A stretch of 63,994 nt of DNA, counting the filler, from Streblomastix strix (lineage: Eukaryota): the NCBI GenBank assembly GCA_008636045.1. It is 3 parts of 3 records of this genome, joined end to end, with 100 filler letters (N's around TTAATTAATTAA, not from the genome) between each part and the next. Parts side by side here need not be neighbours in the genome. Positions count along the whole stretch, not along the records: positions 21,558 to 43,002 come from SNRW01000372.1; positions 43,103 to 63,994 come from SNRW01000410.1; 1 more part is not named here. One strand, 5' to 3'. This document shows positions 37,401 to 53,820 of the stretch, in pieces. The notes beneath the pieces were generated by a model that made no database searches, was not told where the DNA came from, and was given only the letters and a program-made list of their open reading frames with translations. Position 1 is the stretch's first letter; each line of letters starts with the position of its first letter. The translations under genes and the position numbers were made by a program.

Positions 37401-40400
37401 ACAATAGAAGATAAGAGTCAAATAGAAACTGGTTAATTGAATAATTTATAAAATGAATAACAATAATCTGGAAAAGAAAAGACTAGAAATGAAGTAAACA
37501 TAAAAGAATAAAATAATGAAGAATTGTTTAAAGAGATGAAAAAGAAGGTTAAAAAAGAAAGCAAAGATAAAGAAATAGAAAAACATAAGATTTAAAAAAG
37601 AAATAAACGAGAATTTGATTCAATTCTCAAAAGACTCAATAATATTAATGGATGGGAGTAGAAATGGGAAGATGATGGGTGGAATGAAATACAATTGAAT
37701 GAATAAGAGAATGATAATTATTAATAAGAAGAGATGAAGAAGGATAATATAATAAAGAAAGATAATAATAATAATAATAATATTAATGGAGATGAAGAAT
37801 ATTATGATGAATAGGAATCATTATCTGATTATGAAACAGATTAAATTAAGAAGGAGGATAAAATGCTTTAGAATATTCTTAACTTATCAGATATTATTTC
37901 ATAGTCAGAAAAGGATTCATATTCTTCAATTGAGATACATCCAATATATTAGTCGTCTTCTAAGCATAATTAGTCTTCCAGAACAGTTAAAGGTAAGAAT
38001 ATAGAATGTGTAATAGTAACATAGAATAATATATATGAAATAATATAAGTAAGAACAGCTGCAGAGATTATTTCAGAATCTTTATTATAAATTCCTTCTG
38101 ATATAACAAAAGCAGCGAGAATGATCATTGCTTCAAAATCTGATGATAATGAATTAAAATCTGAATAATAATTAGTGAAACAAAAAGATTCTTAATCTAA
38201 CAATATATTAAATAGAGACTTTTAATTGAGTCATTTATTTAGATTGGGATGTGCATTTGCTGCCAGAAGGATTTATTGGAATGTTGAATTGAGAAGAAGA
38301 AAAAGAAGAAGAGAAATAAATGGAGGAAGAAAATAAGATGTTAATTTGTAGAGTTTGGTTAATAGTATGGAAATGAAGATTATTAAAGATTAGAATGATT
38401 AATTAAATACTAAAGAAAAAGAATAAAAAGATACTATTGATGTGGATATTGATTCTCAGGATGAAAAAGATTTATTGTATTCATTTGCACTCTGGATTGA
38501 TGGTTCTGGTGTTTCTATTCCTTTTGCTTTAGATAGAATGATTGAATGTGGATAATTATAATTGGCTCATAATATACATGAAAGCTTTGATGTAATAAAT
38601 TAAAGCTCTTAAACTTAATATTCTGTACCACAGATTGATATATTTTAATAGCAACATATCATTGAATAGGAAATACTTTTATATTTACTTTTTAAATTGC
38701 CTTTTAATTACTAAAATATGAAGATAGATGAAAAAGAATTAAAATTGAGGGAGAATAAATTGATTAGAAAATTAGACAAATTAATTTTAATTACAACAGT
38801 TGCTGCTGTAACTTTTGTTTAGGAAGATTAAATTCAAATACAAAACATAATTTCAGATGAAATTAGTCCACTTCACAATTCATCTTCATTCCAATTACCA
38901 TCTTCAATTCAATCTGATGATTCAACTTAAATTCCGAATATTCTGAACTCAATATAATAATATTTACTAAGTTCAGTGTCTCTTCTTACAAATATAGTGA
39001 ATATTATATCTAAACAAAATATGATTAGAGTCTTACTTGGATGTTCATAATATTCCTCTGAATTAGTGAATTAAATTGTGATTAAACCTGCAATTGAAGA
39101 TATTTTCCATTCTACTTTACCTTCAATTGTATAATTCTTACCTGAATAATTGAATAAGGAATCACTTAGTGAAGTTGTAGATGATGAAGTTGATTATATA
39201 TATGCATATTAATAATTAGGATTAAATATATTTGATTATCCATTCACTGTACTTTCTCCAGATGTTAGATGTCAACTTCTTTTTGTATCAAGCAGAAAGA
39301 AAAGATAATAAAAAGTAGAAAAAAATCATTTAAATGGATAATTAGTAAATAATAATGTTCAGAATTAATAAGAACAAACATCATTCACTTCAATACATCG
39401 TTCACATTTACCTGAACTAACTCAACTTTTGATGTTTGTATCTCCTTCGCTTTTAAACAAAATAATTGAAATCAGCTTCAAAATAATTATGAGTGATTAA
39501 ATATCAGATCCTGATTATCTTTAAAATATTGAAATTTCAATTCTCACTCAATGTATACAACTCAATAAGACAAACAGAAGTGAATCTGATTCATTGTTTA
39601 AATAATTATAAAACCAATTACTCTAAACAATCTAATTAGTTGTTTCAATTGACAGGAAACAAAGGAAGTAAAATCGTTACAGAAAAATATTTCAAAGAAA
39701 ACTTCATTAGACTTTGGATAATAATAATAATGAAACTTTTATAACAAATAGAATTGATCCAGAAATTAATGAAATTAGGAATAATATTGAATAAGGGTTT
39801 ATTTCTGATCAGAAGGAGATTAAAATACTCAATCCAAATCTTTCAACAATTGAAGAACAAATAGAAGATTATAATGAAGATGAAAGTATTGATGACTCCA
39901 ATTAATCAAGTGATTCGGACTTAGGAAGTATTAGTAACTCATCTGAAATGAATAATAAAACTAAAATGACCAATTTCCCTTCTATTTTATATACGTAATT
40001 TGTTGATCTGAATATTAACTAGCTATTACAATGGCTTATAGAATATAGATGCTTTGAATCCGCTGTATATCTGATAATTAATACTAATGAATATTCTATT
40101 GATGGAACAGATGAGAAGAATCTTGCTTTGTAACTAATCCTATAAGAAGGAGATGAAATGTTATCTCATTTATCTGTAAGTGACAATAATCTGAAAATTA
40201 GCAAAGATGCAAAAGTGGACAATGATTAATAAGATTAAGAATTTACTAATGATAATATTTCCACTAAAATCTTAATAAATAATAATAATAATAATAATAA
40301 TAACAAGGTAACTTCAATAAAGAATCATTAATCTAAAATTCAAATTTCTGAATTTGTATCAAAATGGATAATTAAAATTTATTTGAAATGTAAATCATTA

Positions 40401-40871
40401 AAAACTTAAGTAGAAATACTTGGAAATTTATTGAACTTTTTACATATGAGAAGATTATCATCATAATTTCTCGAGAATCAAATAAATTAAAATATCAATC
40501 CATATGTTCTGTCATTGTTAGTTCTCATAACATGGCCTCAGCAATTCTTCATTTAATCAAATCTTACATTTACACCTCATTTTTCTGATCTTCCATTTAG
40601 TGCTGACTTAATGAAGTAAATTGTTAAATAAGGTGCATTGGCTGATTCTTATGGATGTGAGGAGGTTAAATCTATTCTTGATTTGGCTTCTTTATTACCA
40701 TTGAATAAGTAAACTTTTTAGCAGATGGAAGTTTTGCTCACTTCAATTAGTCCTAAGAAAGTAAATCTTTATTAAGAATAAGTTATTAATAGAAATGATA
40801 GTGATATTGACTAAGAGCAGAGAATATGGAATGAAATAACAGAAAATATTACTAAAAAGATTGGAGATTGA
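34468..40871 (+). CDS. Giant (~2,000 aa) protein, WD40/beta-propeller-like N-terminus + helical C-terminus; start uncertain
   Basis: Open frame with TAR=Gln across about 4 GT-AG introns; IGISSICFSPMVTHLLIVLEDGSLLIISV and ITQTLWWQT..FALICTLNGQLFIIDM are blade-like; ends ATT GGA GAT TGA. Confidence 0.75.
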
Positions 40872-40982
40872 AGGAATCATATTCATATCAAATGATAAAG
40901 GATACTGCATAATAATTTTAATATGATGTTTATTATACTTATACGTAAATATTTATTTAATAAATAATAATAAATAAATCAC

Positions 40983-41847
40983 TCAAAATTTTCTGCTTCT
41001 GATTGCTCTAGCATTGATTCCAGATCTTTCACCTCCATAATGAGTCTTATTATGATTGATGCTTGTGTGTAATGCTGGAATCTTCCCTGACATTCTTACA
41101 AGAGCCTTCTTATATTTATTCCGCTGATGAACACGAGGATTTCGTCTGTCCTTTTTATAATATTTCTTATCACCTTAATTAGAAAGTATTGAGAAGGTTG
41201 GTTTACGACGTTTATCATTAGTCTATTATTATAATGGTTTATTTTGCTTAGAATTATTTATCTTTGATTTCTTACTATCATTATCATCATAATATTAATT
41301 ATCTTCTTCCTCTTCTTCTCCATCATCATATTTCACATCTTCTTCATCTTAATCTTAATCATCATCTTCTTCAACTTCATTCATCCTTCTTCTTTTTCTT
41401 CCTTATTCTTCATCTTCTTATTATGAATTATGGTCTTTATTATCATATTCAGAATCATTTGTATCTGAATCATCATCTTTATCATCATCAATATCTTCAT
41501 CTTCAGTGACACCTTCCAATCCAACTATTTATCCTTTTGATGTTTCATTCTATTTTTATTCTCTAATTAGTCTTGCTGTTTTCTCCCAAATTAATTCATC
41601 ATTATTATCTTCTTCTTCTTCAAAGATTCTTGGAAGCTTGTAAAACACAGCTGCTTTTGGTCTACGACCACTTGTAGAATTCATTTCATCAGCTTCATCT
41701 TCAGCTTCAAATAAATTATCTTCATTTTGATTTGAAGGCAATTTGAAAACTCGCCAAATACCTGAAATGATGAAAATTAAGATATATAATTATTTTTATG
41801 TATATAATACGCATACGCTTCCGAGGTTTATTTGTTTTGACATTCAT
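40983..41847 (-). CDS. SAS10: Short SAS10/UTP3-like protein (SSU processome), one intron near the 5' end
   Basis: C-terminus KRRKPTFSILSNQGDKKYYKKDRRNPRVHQRNKYKKALVRMSG...YGGERSGINARAIRSRKF* fits the Sas10 C-terminal domain; acidic middle. Confidence 0.8.
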
Positions 41848-42149
41848 TATTAAAGTTTGCAATACAAACAATAATGCTATAGATTTCTACAATTTATATA
41901 CTTAAAATAAAATAAAAAATAAGAAACATTTGTTAGAATTATGGAATTTATAATATCAAATAATCTATATCGAAAAGTATGAATACAATTCTGATTTAAA
42001 GAAAATTATAAGACAAAGGTGTAAAAGATACATTTTATAGAAAATTAAAGAAATTTTTGAGTAAGTAGATTTTTTCCTTATTCCCTTTTATTTAATACGA
42101 TAAAATGTTTTCAAGGAATTTTGTAGTTAATATGATTGATTAAAATATA

Positions 42150-42585
42150 AAATTCAACAAATAAAATTATACATGTAAAATTTATAAGAATTAATTGAAT
42201 AACTGTATTGCTTATAATACGAAATACTAGATTTTTCATAATTAATATGTTCGTCTGTTTTCATGTACACAGATAGATAAATTTTTGGATTATTTAGAAA
42301 TAAAGCAATAATTATATTATTATGATCATTTTATATATAAGAAAAGTAAAAGTATTGAGTGTAGTTTCCTGTACGGCCGATTTTGTTTTGAGGTCGTTAT
42401 TTCAAAGAAATCGCATAGATAAGTGTTGAATATAGAGAAAGTTTGCATAAAGTCAAATAAACAAATTAAAAATTGCTCACTAATAAAATTGAAGACGAGG
42501 AACCAAGAACTAACCCCAAAATTTAAAAAGCTCGTTTCTCTGTGTTCAAAGAATATATTCATCAAAAATTGTTAATTTTTAAGAT
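42150..42585 (-). repeat. Dispersed ~430-bp repeat, copy 2 (inverted)
   Basis: Reverse complement of 27425-27850. Confidence 0.9.
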
Positions 42586-42772
42586 TGTTTATAATAAACA
42601 ACAACATTTTTATTAAAAAATTAATTTTGTTTGCCGCTACACGAAATAATAGAAGTATCGTGAACAAAGATGATATGATGTGGAAAATATGTAATATATT
42701 TCGATGAAAACATGATAGAAGAATAATATATCATACTATATCATGTAGATATATTTCTGAAGTATCTCATAC

Positions 42773-43002
42773 TCAGTGTTTCTTATATGAATTACTGTTT
42801 GTTGTCTAAAATCGTGATGCTGGATCACCTCCATCAGCTCCTATAAAGATTCCAGATTCATTGTGAGGTTATCCACGACCACGACCTTATTTAGCAACTG
42901 GATCGCCAGCATCTCCATTTCCAAGCTAGAATGTTGTTCTGTGTGGGTCAGCTTTCCCTTAACCTTTTCGTATTCCTTATGAGCGTGGAGCATCATCTTC
43001 AC
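42773..43002 (-). CDS. 3' end of a low-complexity G/D-rich protein (5' part in gap)
   Basis: EDDAPRSQGIRKGQGKADPHRTTFQLGNGDAGDPVAKQGRGRGQPHNESGIFIGADGGDPASRFQTTNSNSYKKH* with AT-ending codons. Confidence 0.55.
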
Positions 43003-43102
43003 NNNNNNNNNNNNNNNNNNNNNNNNNNNNNNNNNNNNNNNNNNNNTTAATTAATTAANNNNNNNNNNNNNNNNNNNNNNNNNNNNNNNNNNNNNNNNNN
43101 NN
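43003..43102. other. Assembly spacer (44N + TTAATTAATTAA + 44N)
   Basis: Same structure as 21458-21557. Confidence 0.95.
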
Positions 43103-44171
43103 TTCTCTTTGAAGTATTCATCGTTGATTATTGTTTTGATTTGTCCTTTTTTCTCTTCTTTTTCTGCAATTTTCTGGGCTTCGTCAACAAGCTTGACATA
43201 TGAATCCTATTAGTTAATATTATTTAATAATAAATGTTCATATAAATAAATAATACAAAACAAACCAGTTTCGAAGCCACAATCTTAATCATCTTCTTCT
43301 CAAACTCAATTACTCCAAAGTGAGTCAAATACAGAAGTTATGGATTGAGATCACCAACTCTATTCAAAGCTATCTTCCATTATTCAGGATCAAACTAAGG
43401 AGGAGTTGATTGGGGAGTTAAGAACTGATAGTATAAAAGATGATTATATAATATGGATGTATAATTGATAATATTGATAAATAAATAATACCTTGAACTT
43501 CCTTGTATGATTCCTCTAGAAAGGATATTCAGCAGCGAATTGATCCCCAGTGAATATTCCTCTACAATAACTATCTGGTTGAGTACCACTCTTTTCATTG
43601 GGTAAGAAGAGTGATATAAAAACATGGTGTGGAGCATGTCCAGATGTTGGTTCTACTCTTAGTTCCACATTTGTGCCAACTTTGAAGATTGTCTCTTCTT
43701 TGATCTGAATTATTCGATCCTGAGGCACAGGTACAATCTCACCATAATGCTCTTCTAAGAAATCCTTACCATAGACCTACTCTGCACCAGCTTATAACAC
43801 CTTTGGATCTATCATGTGCCTGGCACCTCGAGCAGAAACAACATATTTTGCATTTTTCAGACCTATATTATAATCATATAAATTAATGATAATTTAATTA
43901 TTTAAATATTTAATTGGATACCTTGCATTAGTGTTCCTGATGCTCCTGCATGATCAAGATGTATATGTGAAACAAGAAGATAATCAACATTGTCAGCTTT
44001 ATCGCCTAACGCTTCAAATATAAAGTGAGCGCCTTTTGTAGCTCCAGTCTCGATGATTGCAGCTCTTCCTGAAGCTTTGTCTGTGAGTATATAGCTAGCT
44101 ACTATCTCTTCGCCAAATAAATGTGTGTCAACAATCCTTAACTCGTGCACAGCGCTCTCGTCGACAATCAT
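43103..44171 (-). CDS. MBL-fold metallo-hydrolase (prokaryote-like), 3 introns, 3' end in gap
   Basis: AAIIETGAT..VDYLLVSHIHLDHAGASG (HxHxDH), ARGARHMIDP, TSGHAPHH, IFTGD, STPPQFDPEQW, LYLTHFG. Confidence 0.93.
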
Positions 44172-44827
44172 CAAGTTTCTAAGTATTGTATAAGATAAAA
44201 AAATGTGCATTTTGATTTAAAATTAGAATAAATTATAATAAATTCATTTATATTTCAACAAAATCGTAAATTTTAACAATATTTAGGATATATATCTCAT
44301 TGTAAGCGAGTAAATGCGGTTTAAATATATCTTTTCAAAAAGTTGTTTAATAATGCAGTTAGGTAAAAATTGTATTGAAGAGTACGAAACATTATTAAAT
44401 TGCGATATATTTACTGGTAAAACAAACAACGCTCGAAGAAATTTAAAGTTGAATAAACCGATCAATTTTCCCAGTAACTCTTTTGCAAATGTGTTTTATT
44501 TCATTCATAATAAATAAATATATAAAATTTACGCCATTTTATTGTTAGTAATTTGATATATTCACTCTATATAAAAATATGCAATTGGAAATTTGATTCT
44601 GCTTTATTTCAATAATTTAAGTATAATTTGCCAAATAAAGTTTATGAATATCATAATATTATGCATAAAAATTGTTTTTATGTATTTATTATTGTTTTTA
44701 ATAGTGTTTACACTATAAATTTTTACAATAAATTTTAATAATAAAACAACAAACAATTATAAAATCTACTACTTTATAATATCTTATTATTATAAATTTC
44801 ATTTTTGATTTGTTTTTCTTATGTTAG

Positions 44828-46381
44828 ATGTAAGATAGCACTTAATCTGTTAAAGAAATTGATAGTGAAATTAAAGATAAGAAAATAGATGATGAAAAAT
44901 ATAAGGAAAAAGTTGAATTTAATTTAAATTAATTATCATTAACTAATAAAGAATCAGAAAAGATTAACTTATTAAAATAATTAGATGAATTTCTTTAATA
45001 AATGGATATAAATACAACTTCTTCGATAATAAATATTGAATTTTGTTAATTAATTTAATAAAATCTTGACATTATAACAAATAATTTCTCTCAAAGCTAT
45101 TATATAATTGAAACAATTGCTTTTATAGGAGCTTCTATTACTTAAAAATGGGAAGAGAATAAATTCTTCATTCAAATGAATTAAACTGGAGCTATTTCAG
45201 CAATCGGAGAAATAATAAATAAAAAAGTTAAATAAACAGAAGAATTACTACATTTAGTTTGGATATATTGTTGCCTTATGAAGAATTAAGAAATTAATGA
45301 TAATACACTTGAAATATGTGATGATACTCTGGATGCTGACATATCAGATCTTATTATCCAACTTAATTAAAAAGATATTGTTGAGACATTTGGGAGAAAT
45401 TAATTAGAAAAGTAGATTTCTAGAAGAATAAGATCATTATAAGCGATTGAATACATAACAGACTCAAACAGAGAATTCATCAAAAGAAGCTAATTATTTC
45501 AATCAATAACACCTTTGCTACATTTCAACTGTCCTGAATAACTATAATGCAGATGGAATATCAACATACCACTTTGGCCTTGCATTTAATAGGTTTAGAT
45601 TCGATTATTTTCTAATTTTACACTTCTTCTAAGTGAAGAAAATTTAAATTTTAAGTTTTTTTTCATTCGTTTCCACAATATTTTTGCTCATCTTGTACCT
45701 ATCATTTCAAACTTCTCTTAAAATGTTCTTAATTTCAATTCAAATTAATAACAATCTTAATCATCTGATTCATCAATTAGAAATACAAATACTAATATAG
45801 ATGAAGAATAATAGGATTAAATATAATTAGATCTTATTTTAGAGACTCTTGATGTAATGAAACACCTCTTCTTTGAAAATTCTCTTGTATAATAAGCTAT
45901 TATCGATCTTAACTTTATTGGAATCCTATACAGTCTTTGGGATCAAATTAATATCATATCAAAGATTAACAACATAAAAATAACAATAATGTTGAAGATT
46001 AAGAATCTAACACTTGACTGCTTCTAGCATATCTCTTTCTTTGGTAACTGTGAGATATAATAGAGACTTGTAAATGAGAATATTTATATAAAAGATATTC
46101 TCTGCCACATAATAAGTACTGCTGGTGGATCTGGTGAAGTTGATAATGAGATTACATTCAATGCACTTGAAGGCATTAATGGTCTTATATACAACCTGTC
46201 TCATGGCTTAAGATAATGTCCATCTCAACCATAACTTCTTCTATCAATCAAAGATCAAATGGAAGAATAAGGCACAGTTGAAGAATATGAAACATGGATA
46301 TTTGTAGAGAGTGGAGTTGAAAATAGATACATGGGTGTGGAAGCTTATATTGGTATGCAGAGCATGGTATCTTATTGTTGA
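44828..46381 (+). CDS. Intronless ~517-aa hypothetical helical protein (paralogue of 62156-63679)
   Basis: 1554-nt frame, ATG to TGA with TAR=Gln; motifs WIYCCLMK, PLLHFNCPEQLQC, DQMEEQGTVEEY. Confidence 0.8.
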
Positions 46382-46567
46382 GCTTTTATCATTATTAGCT
46401 TTTTATATTTACCATTTATATGTTAATATTTTATTATTGTAACTGTTATTACAATTTCTTTTAATATTCAAAAACAAATAATAAAAATTTAATTAATAAC
46501 ATTAAATAAATCATTTGTTCAATGAATTATTTAGTCTTCAAACAGTATCATAATGTTAAGTGTAACT

Positions 46568-49500
46568 TCATATAGGCTGATGTTGATCTCTTATTATTTC
46601 TGCAATAGTTCTTCTTAAATCCTGAACATCTTTCCCCTTATCACCACAGAGTGCAATTGTGTTGTCCAAGGCCTATCAATATATAATAGTAAATTAGTAA
46701 TAATTGAGAATGTTAAATAATTTATTATATTTATATATCTCATACTTTCTTATATAATTCAAGTGCTTCTGTATGTCTTCCTAATGCATAATATCCTGAT
46801 CCAAGTGCCTGAATTATTAAATTTAGCAAGATATTTATAAATAAAGAAATAAGTACACAATAGAGGGAAATGTTTCATTAAACATTGTCTTTCTTTCTTA
46901 ATATTCATATTTATAAATATTACACACTTTATAACATTCGCATGAATATAGATTGACCTAATAGTGCATAATAATAAGTATATAATAGTTTATTTAATAC
47001 TATAATTCAATCCAATATCTTTAATTCCATTAACTACTCTATATTAATATATAACATACTTCCCCTCCTCTTCTTTCTCTTATTCCTCTACTTTATTAAT
47101 AATGTCTCATTGCATCTGGAATAAGTTCAGCTGAATAATAGCAATTACCTAATTGCATGTGCATGTGTGATATTCTTAATAGTTAAATTATGTAAATGTA
47201 TAATACATTAGAATAGTTGAAAATTAAATAACGGATGAATAATTATTATGTTTTATAAATTATTATAATACCTAATATCATATATTCCATAAATATATCC
47301 ACTTAGTCTAATAGCTCTTCTATAATATCTTATTGCTTTATTGAGATTTCCAATTGCTTAATAAGCATTTCCCATTCCATACAATATCTTTATTAAATAA
47401 ATTAATAAATAAATATTAAAGTAAATTTATTGAATATTAATAATATAACTATTTTATTTCATTTGTTTATTATTAATATAATCATCTATCATAATCTCCA
47501 AACCTCAGGTAACTTCTAATCAGGCTGATTATTCTCATCGAACTAATCATCATATTCATCATCTTCATCTTCACTTTCATCTTCATCTACTTCATCATTA
47601 CTTAATTAATCATCATTATCATCTTTATTATTATTAACTCCTCTATTTCTATTATTTCTTTATTATCTCTATTTCCTTCTTCTTTCTCTTTCTTATTATC
47701 TTCCTTTCTTCTTCAGCTGTATTCGCTCTAACATTGACTCATATAATTATAGTGCATCTCTGTTGTTGCCTTATTTAATCAGAACGTTGGCAAATTGTTG
47801 CTCGATTTCTTTGACTTGTTGTTCAAATTACTGTTATGATGATTCTGGGAAAGACTCAAATAGTTATTTGGCCTGAAATATTAATGAATATGTATAGTAT
47901 TTTATAAGATGAAAATGATAAATTAATATGAAATATATGTATTTTCTTTTTCATTTCATTATATTATTATAGGTCTATTATATATAATATCAAACATGAA
48001 TAAACATGTCCCTTGCTCCATCATTATCTTCTTTTCTAGCAAGAATTTAGCCTAAATAAACATTCATACAAATATATTATATAACATATAATTATGAATT
48101 AATATATACCAAGGATTGCTTTGCATGTAGCAATGTTAGCAAGAAGTGTAAGTGATATCTATATTTATATATAAATAATAATCAATAATAAAATTTGTGT
48201 TTTATATATATTAAATAATTAATAAATAATATTCAAACTCTTGGTTTTTAATTTCTTTTTCTTTCATTTAATTTATCCTACACATTGTGAATATCAATAT
48301 TTGTTGATTAAGATGCTGTCGAAATACGACTTATTTATGTTGAACTGGAATTAATTATTTATATTAAAATATAAATAAAAATAAATAATAATATAATATT
48401 GTTGTATAATAATTAATATTATATACTCTTTTCCTTCCGTTCGATCATCATCATCTTCATCTTCTTCATCTTCATCTTCATCTTCCTCTTCTTATTTATC
48501 TTCTTGTTTCTTTAATTTCAGATTTTACAGGAATTGCTATAATATAAAATATAATAATATAATAATGTATTAAATAATAGAATGAATATAATCAAGTATT
48601 TCTTTCTCAATCAATTTCATTTATTATTATATAATATACTTTTCCTCCTTATCCTTTTCCTGCGCTTCCTCTGTTTCTTAATATCTATTTAACTCCTTCA
48701 ATTAATTAGTCTTTAATTATATTATATGTATATATAAAAATAGTTATATAATTAATTAAATACTATAGAACAAACTATCGAAATATAATTCATTCTCATC
48801 ATTATCAATATTATCTTCAATTTATTCATCTTCATCTTTCTCTTCTTATTTATCTTATTTATTCTTTTATTCTTTTTCTCTTTATATTTAAGTTAATAAC
48901 TAAGCTGCATTAAATACAGTTGATTCTAATATAAAAAGAGCTTTTCTATTTGTATTAAAATATATTCAAATAATAATTTTAATTAGTATATGTATGATCA
49001 TTCATTTATATATACAATTAATGTATATAATGATATACCTTGTATGATATTCTTCTTCTTCTTCAATCTTTTCTTTTTCTTTAAATTATTTATTATTTCC
49101 TTCATTTATTTCTTCTATTTTCTTTTAAAGGACTTTTGCTATATAGAAATTAACCTTATTTGAATAAAATAAATATTAGAAAATAATGATTCATATATTT
49201 TTATTTATAATTTATTATTTGATTCAATAAATATGATTTCACATTAATATTCTATTAAACAATACCTAAGCAGTATAATAATGCCATTCCCCATACATCT
49301 TAACTCTCATTTCAAGTGCATTATTAAATGATATAATTGCCTATTTAATATTATTATTAATAACAATAAATATCGACATAGAAATAATTATATTTATATT
49401 ATACTTCATCTTTTCTATTAGCATTCATAGCTGCAATTCCAATATTCATTTCAATTGTAGCAAGATCTGGATGGCATTAATAATCTATTACCATTTCATA

Positions 49501-50691
49501 TAATAATATAAATTAATTGATAATAAATAAAGATATAACATAAAATATATAATTCAATTATATCTAATTAAATATACTGTTATTCACCATTATCTTCTTC
49601 CCTTATTTCAAACACTATAAAGCTTATGACCTGTAATATTAAAATATTAGATAAAGTATTATATATAAATAATAAGTTATAATTTCTAACTATCATTATT
49701 ATATAATTATAATTATAATATAATACCAACACTATGCTTCAATATATACACTTCCTTAATGAAGAAGGTTTGTTGCTACAAATACTGAATCAGGACCATA
49801 GAACTTAATTTCAAATTAAGTATACATAAATAATAATAAAAGAACAAAGCAATATACTTGCTCAAATACAGACAATGCAAAGACTAAGAATTATAAAGCC
49901 CTAATAATAATACGAAATAAAATAATAAAATTAATTAAATAAAACTATATTTCTCCTCACCTCTCATATTATCCAATAGTCTTGTATGTTAATCCCAAAT
50001 CCACCAGAGCCACGGCTGTATCTGGATGTCTCTCACCTTAGAATATCCTCCTTGTTTTAGCCACTCTTTAGAAGTAAGGAAGAGCTTCTCCTATTCTTCC
50101 AAATGATCTGAGAACTACTCCATGATCTCTTAGGTAGTATGTCTTAAGGATATTGCCATCTGTTATACCTGGGCATTCTATATAATGGTATAATGTGAGG
50201 AATATATAAATAGAATGTTTTATATAATGAATATAGATAATACAATCAAGTAGCTTTCCAGCTTCAGTAACTGCTTATAGAGCTAGATCCAATTTCTATT
50301 AAAGTGTATATGCTTCACATTATAGAAGTTTAATGTAGACTATTTCAGTATTATGATCACTCTCTTCAGATTATAGCATCTAAAGTAAATATGAATAAAT
50401 TACAATAATCTGATAAATTACTTATCAATATCTTGAAATACTTTTAAATATCTCTCACATCTAGCCAAACATCTCCGAATATTACCTGCTTATAATGCTT
50501 CTCTCGCTTCTGTCTTCAATTTGTGCCAGCTTTAACCTCCACCATCCACTGTAAGAAAATCATTAATTACTTCTGAAAGTGGAGGCAGTTTCCTTGGGGC
50601 CTCTTTCCACACCTGAAGAGAGAATAAAATAGAGAATAGTTGCTATAAAATTATTTATTCATACCTCTGCTATGCTTTAATGAGTCTCCAT
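46568..50691 (-). CDS. TPR-repeat protein (kinesin-light-chain-like TPRs), about 20 short introns
   Basis: MGVVLRSFGRIGEALPYFQRVAKTRRIFQGERHPDTAVALVDLGLTYKTIG; HPDLATIEMNIGIAA; LYGMGNAYQAIGNLNKAI; acidic inserts. Confidence 0.85.
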
Positions 50692-51246
50692 GGACTAAAT
50701 TTCACAATTATAGTTTAATAATGAAGTTTTGAAATAGAAATAATTAAATTATCTCAATAAACAAATTTAAAATTAATATCTTTGAAAACAACACGAAAAA
50801 AATGGATTAATAAATGGGAATTAAAGAAATATTAGTTTATATTACAATAAAAAAAATGTAATATATTTAGCATTTTAACGCGTATATATAGTTTGTAACA
50901 GCAGAACAGTAGAAAACTGTAAAAAATCAAATTTTCATTATATGAACGCTTTTATACTATTTATCAGCAAATATGATAAGTTTATGATCAGATATTATGT
51001 ATTTTATGATTTTATCTAGTTAAAATAACATAAGTTAGTAGAAAATTTAAATAGAAGTATAAAAATATAATCATTTGATAACTGCAAGTTTTTATCAGAA
51101 AAATGATTTTTGTTAACTTTAAATCTCAAATAAAATGCATTGAATTTATAATTACACTGATTTTTGTTTCTTAAAACATATAATTTGAAATAATTTCGTT
51201 TTCCTGAGCTTCTTGTTCATCAACAGACCTCTGGCGTAATATTAAG

Positions 51247-53820
<2,574 letters not shown>

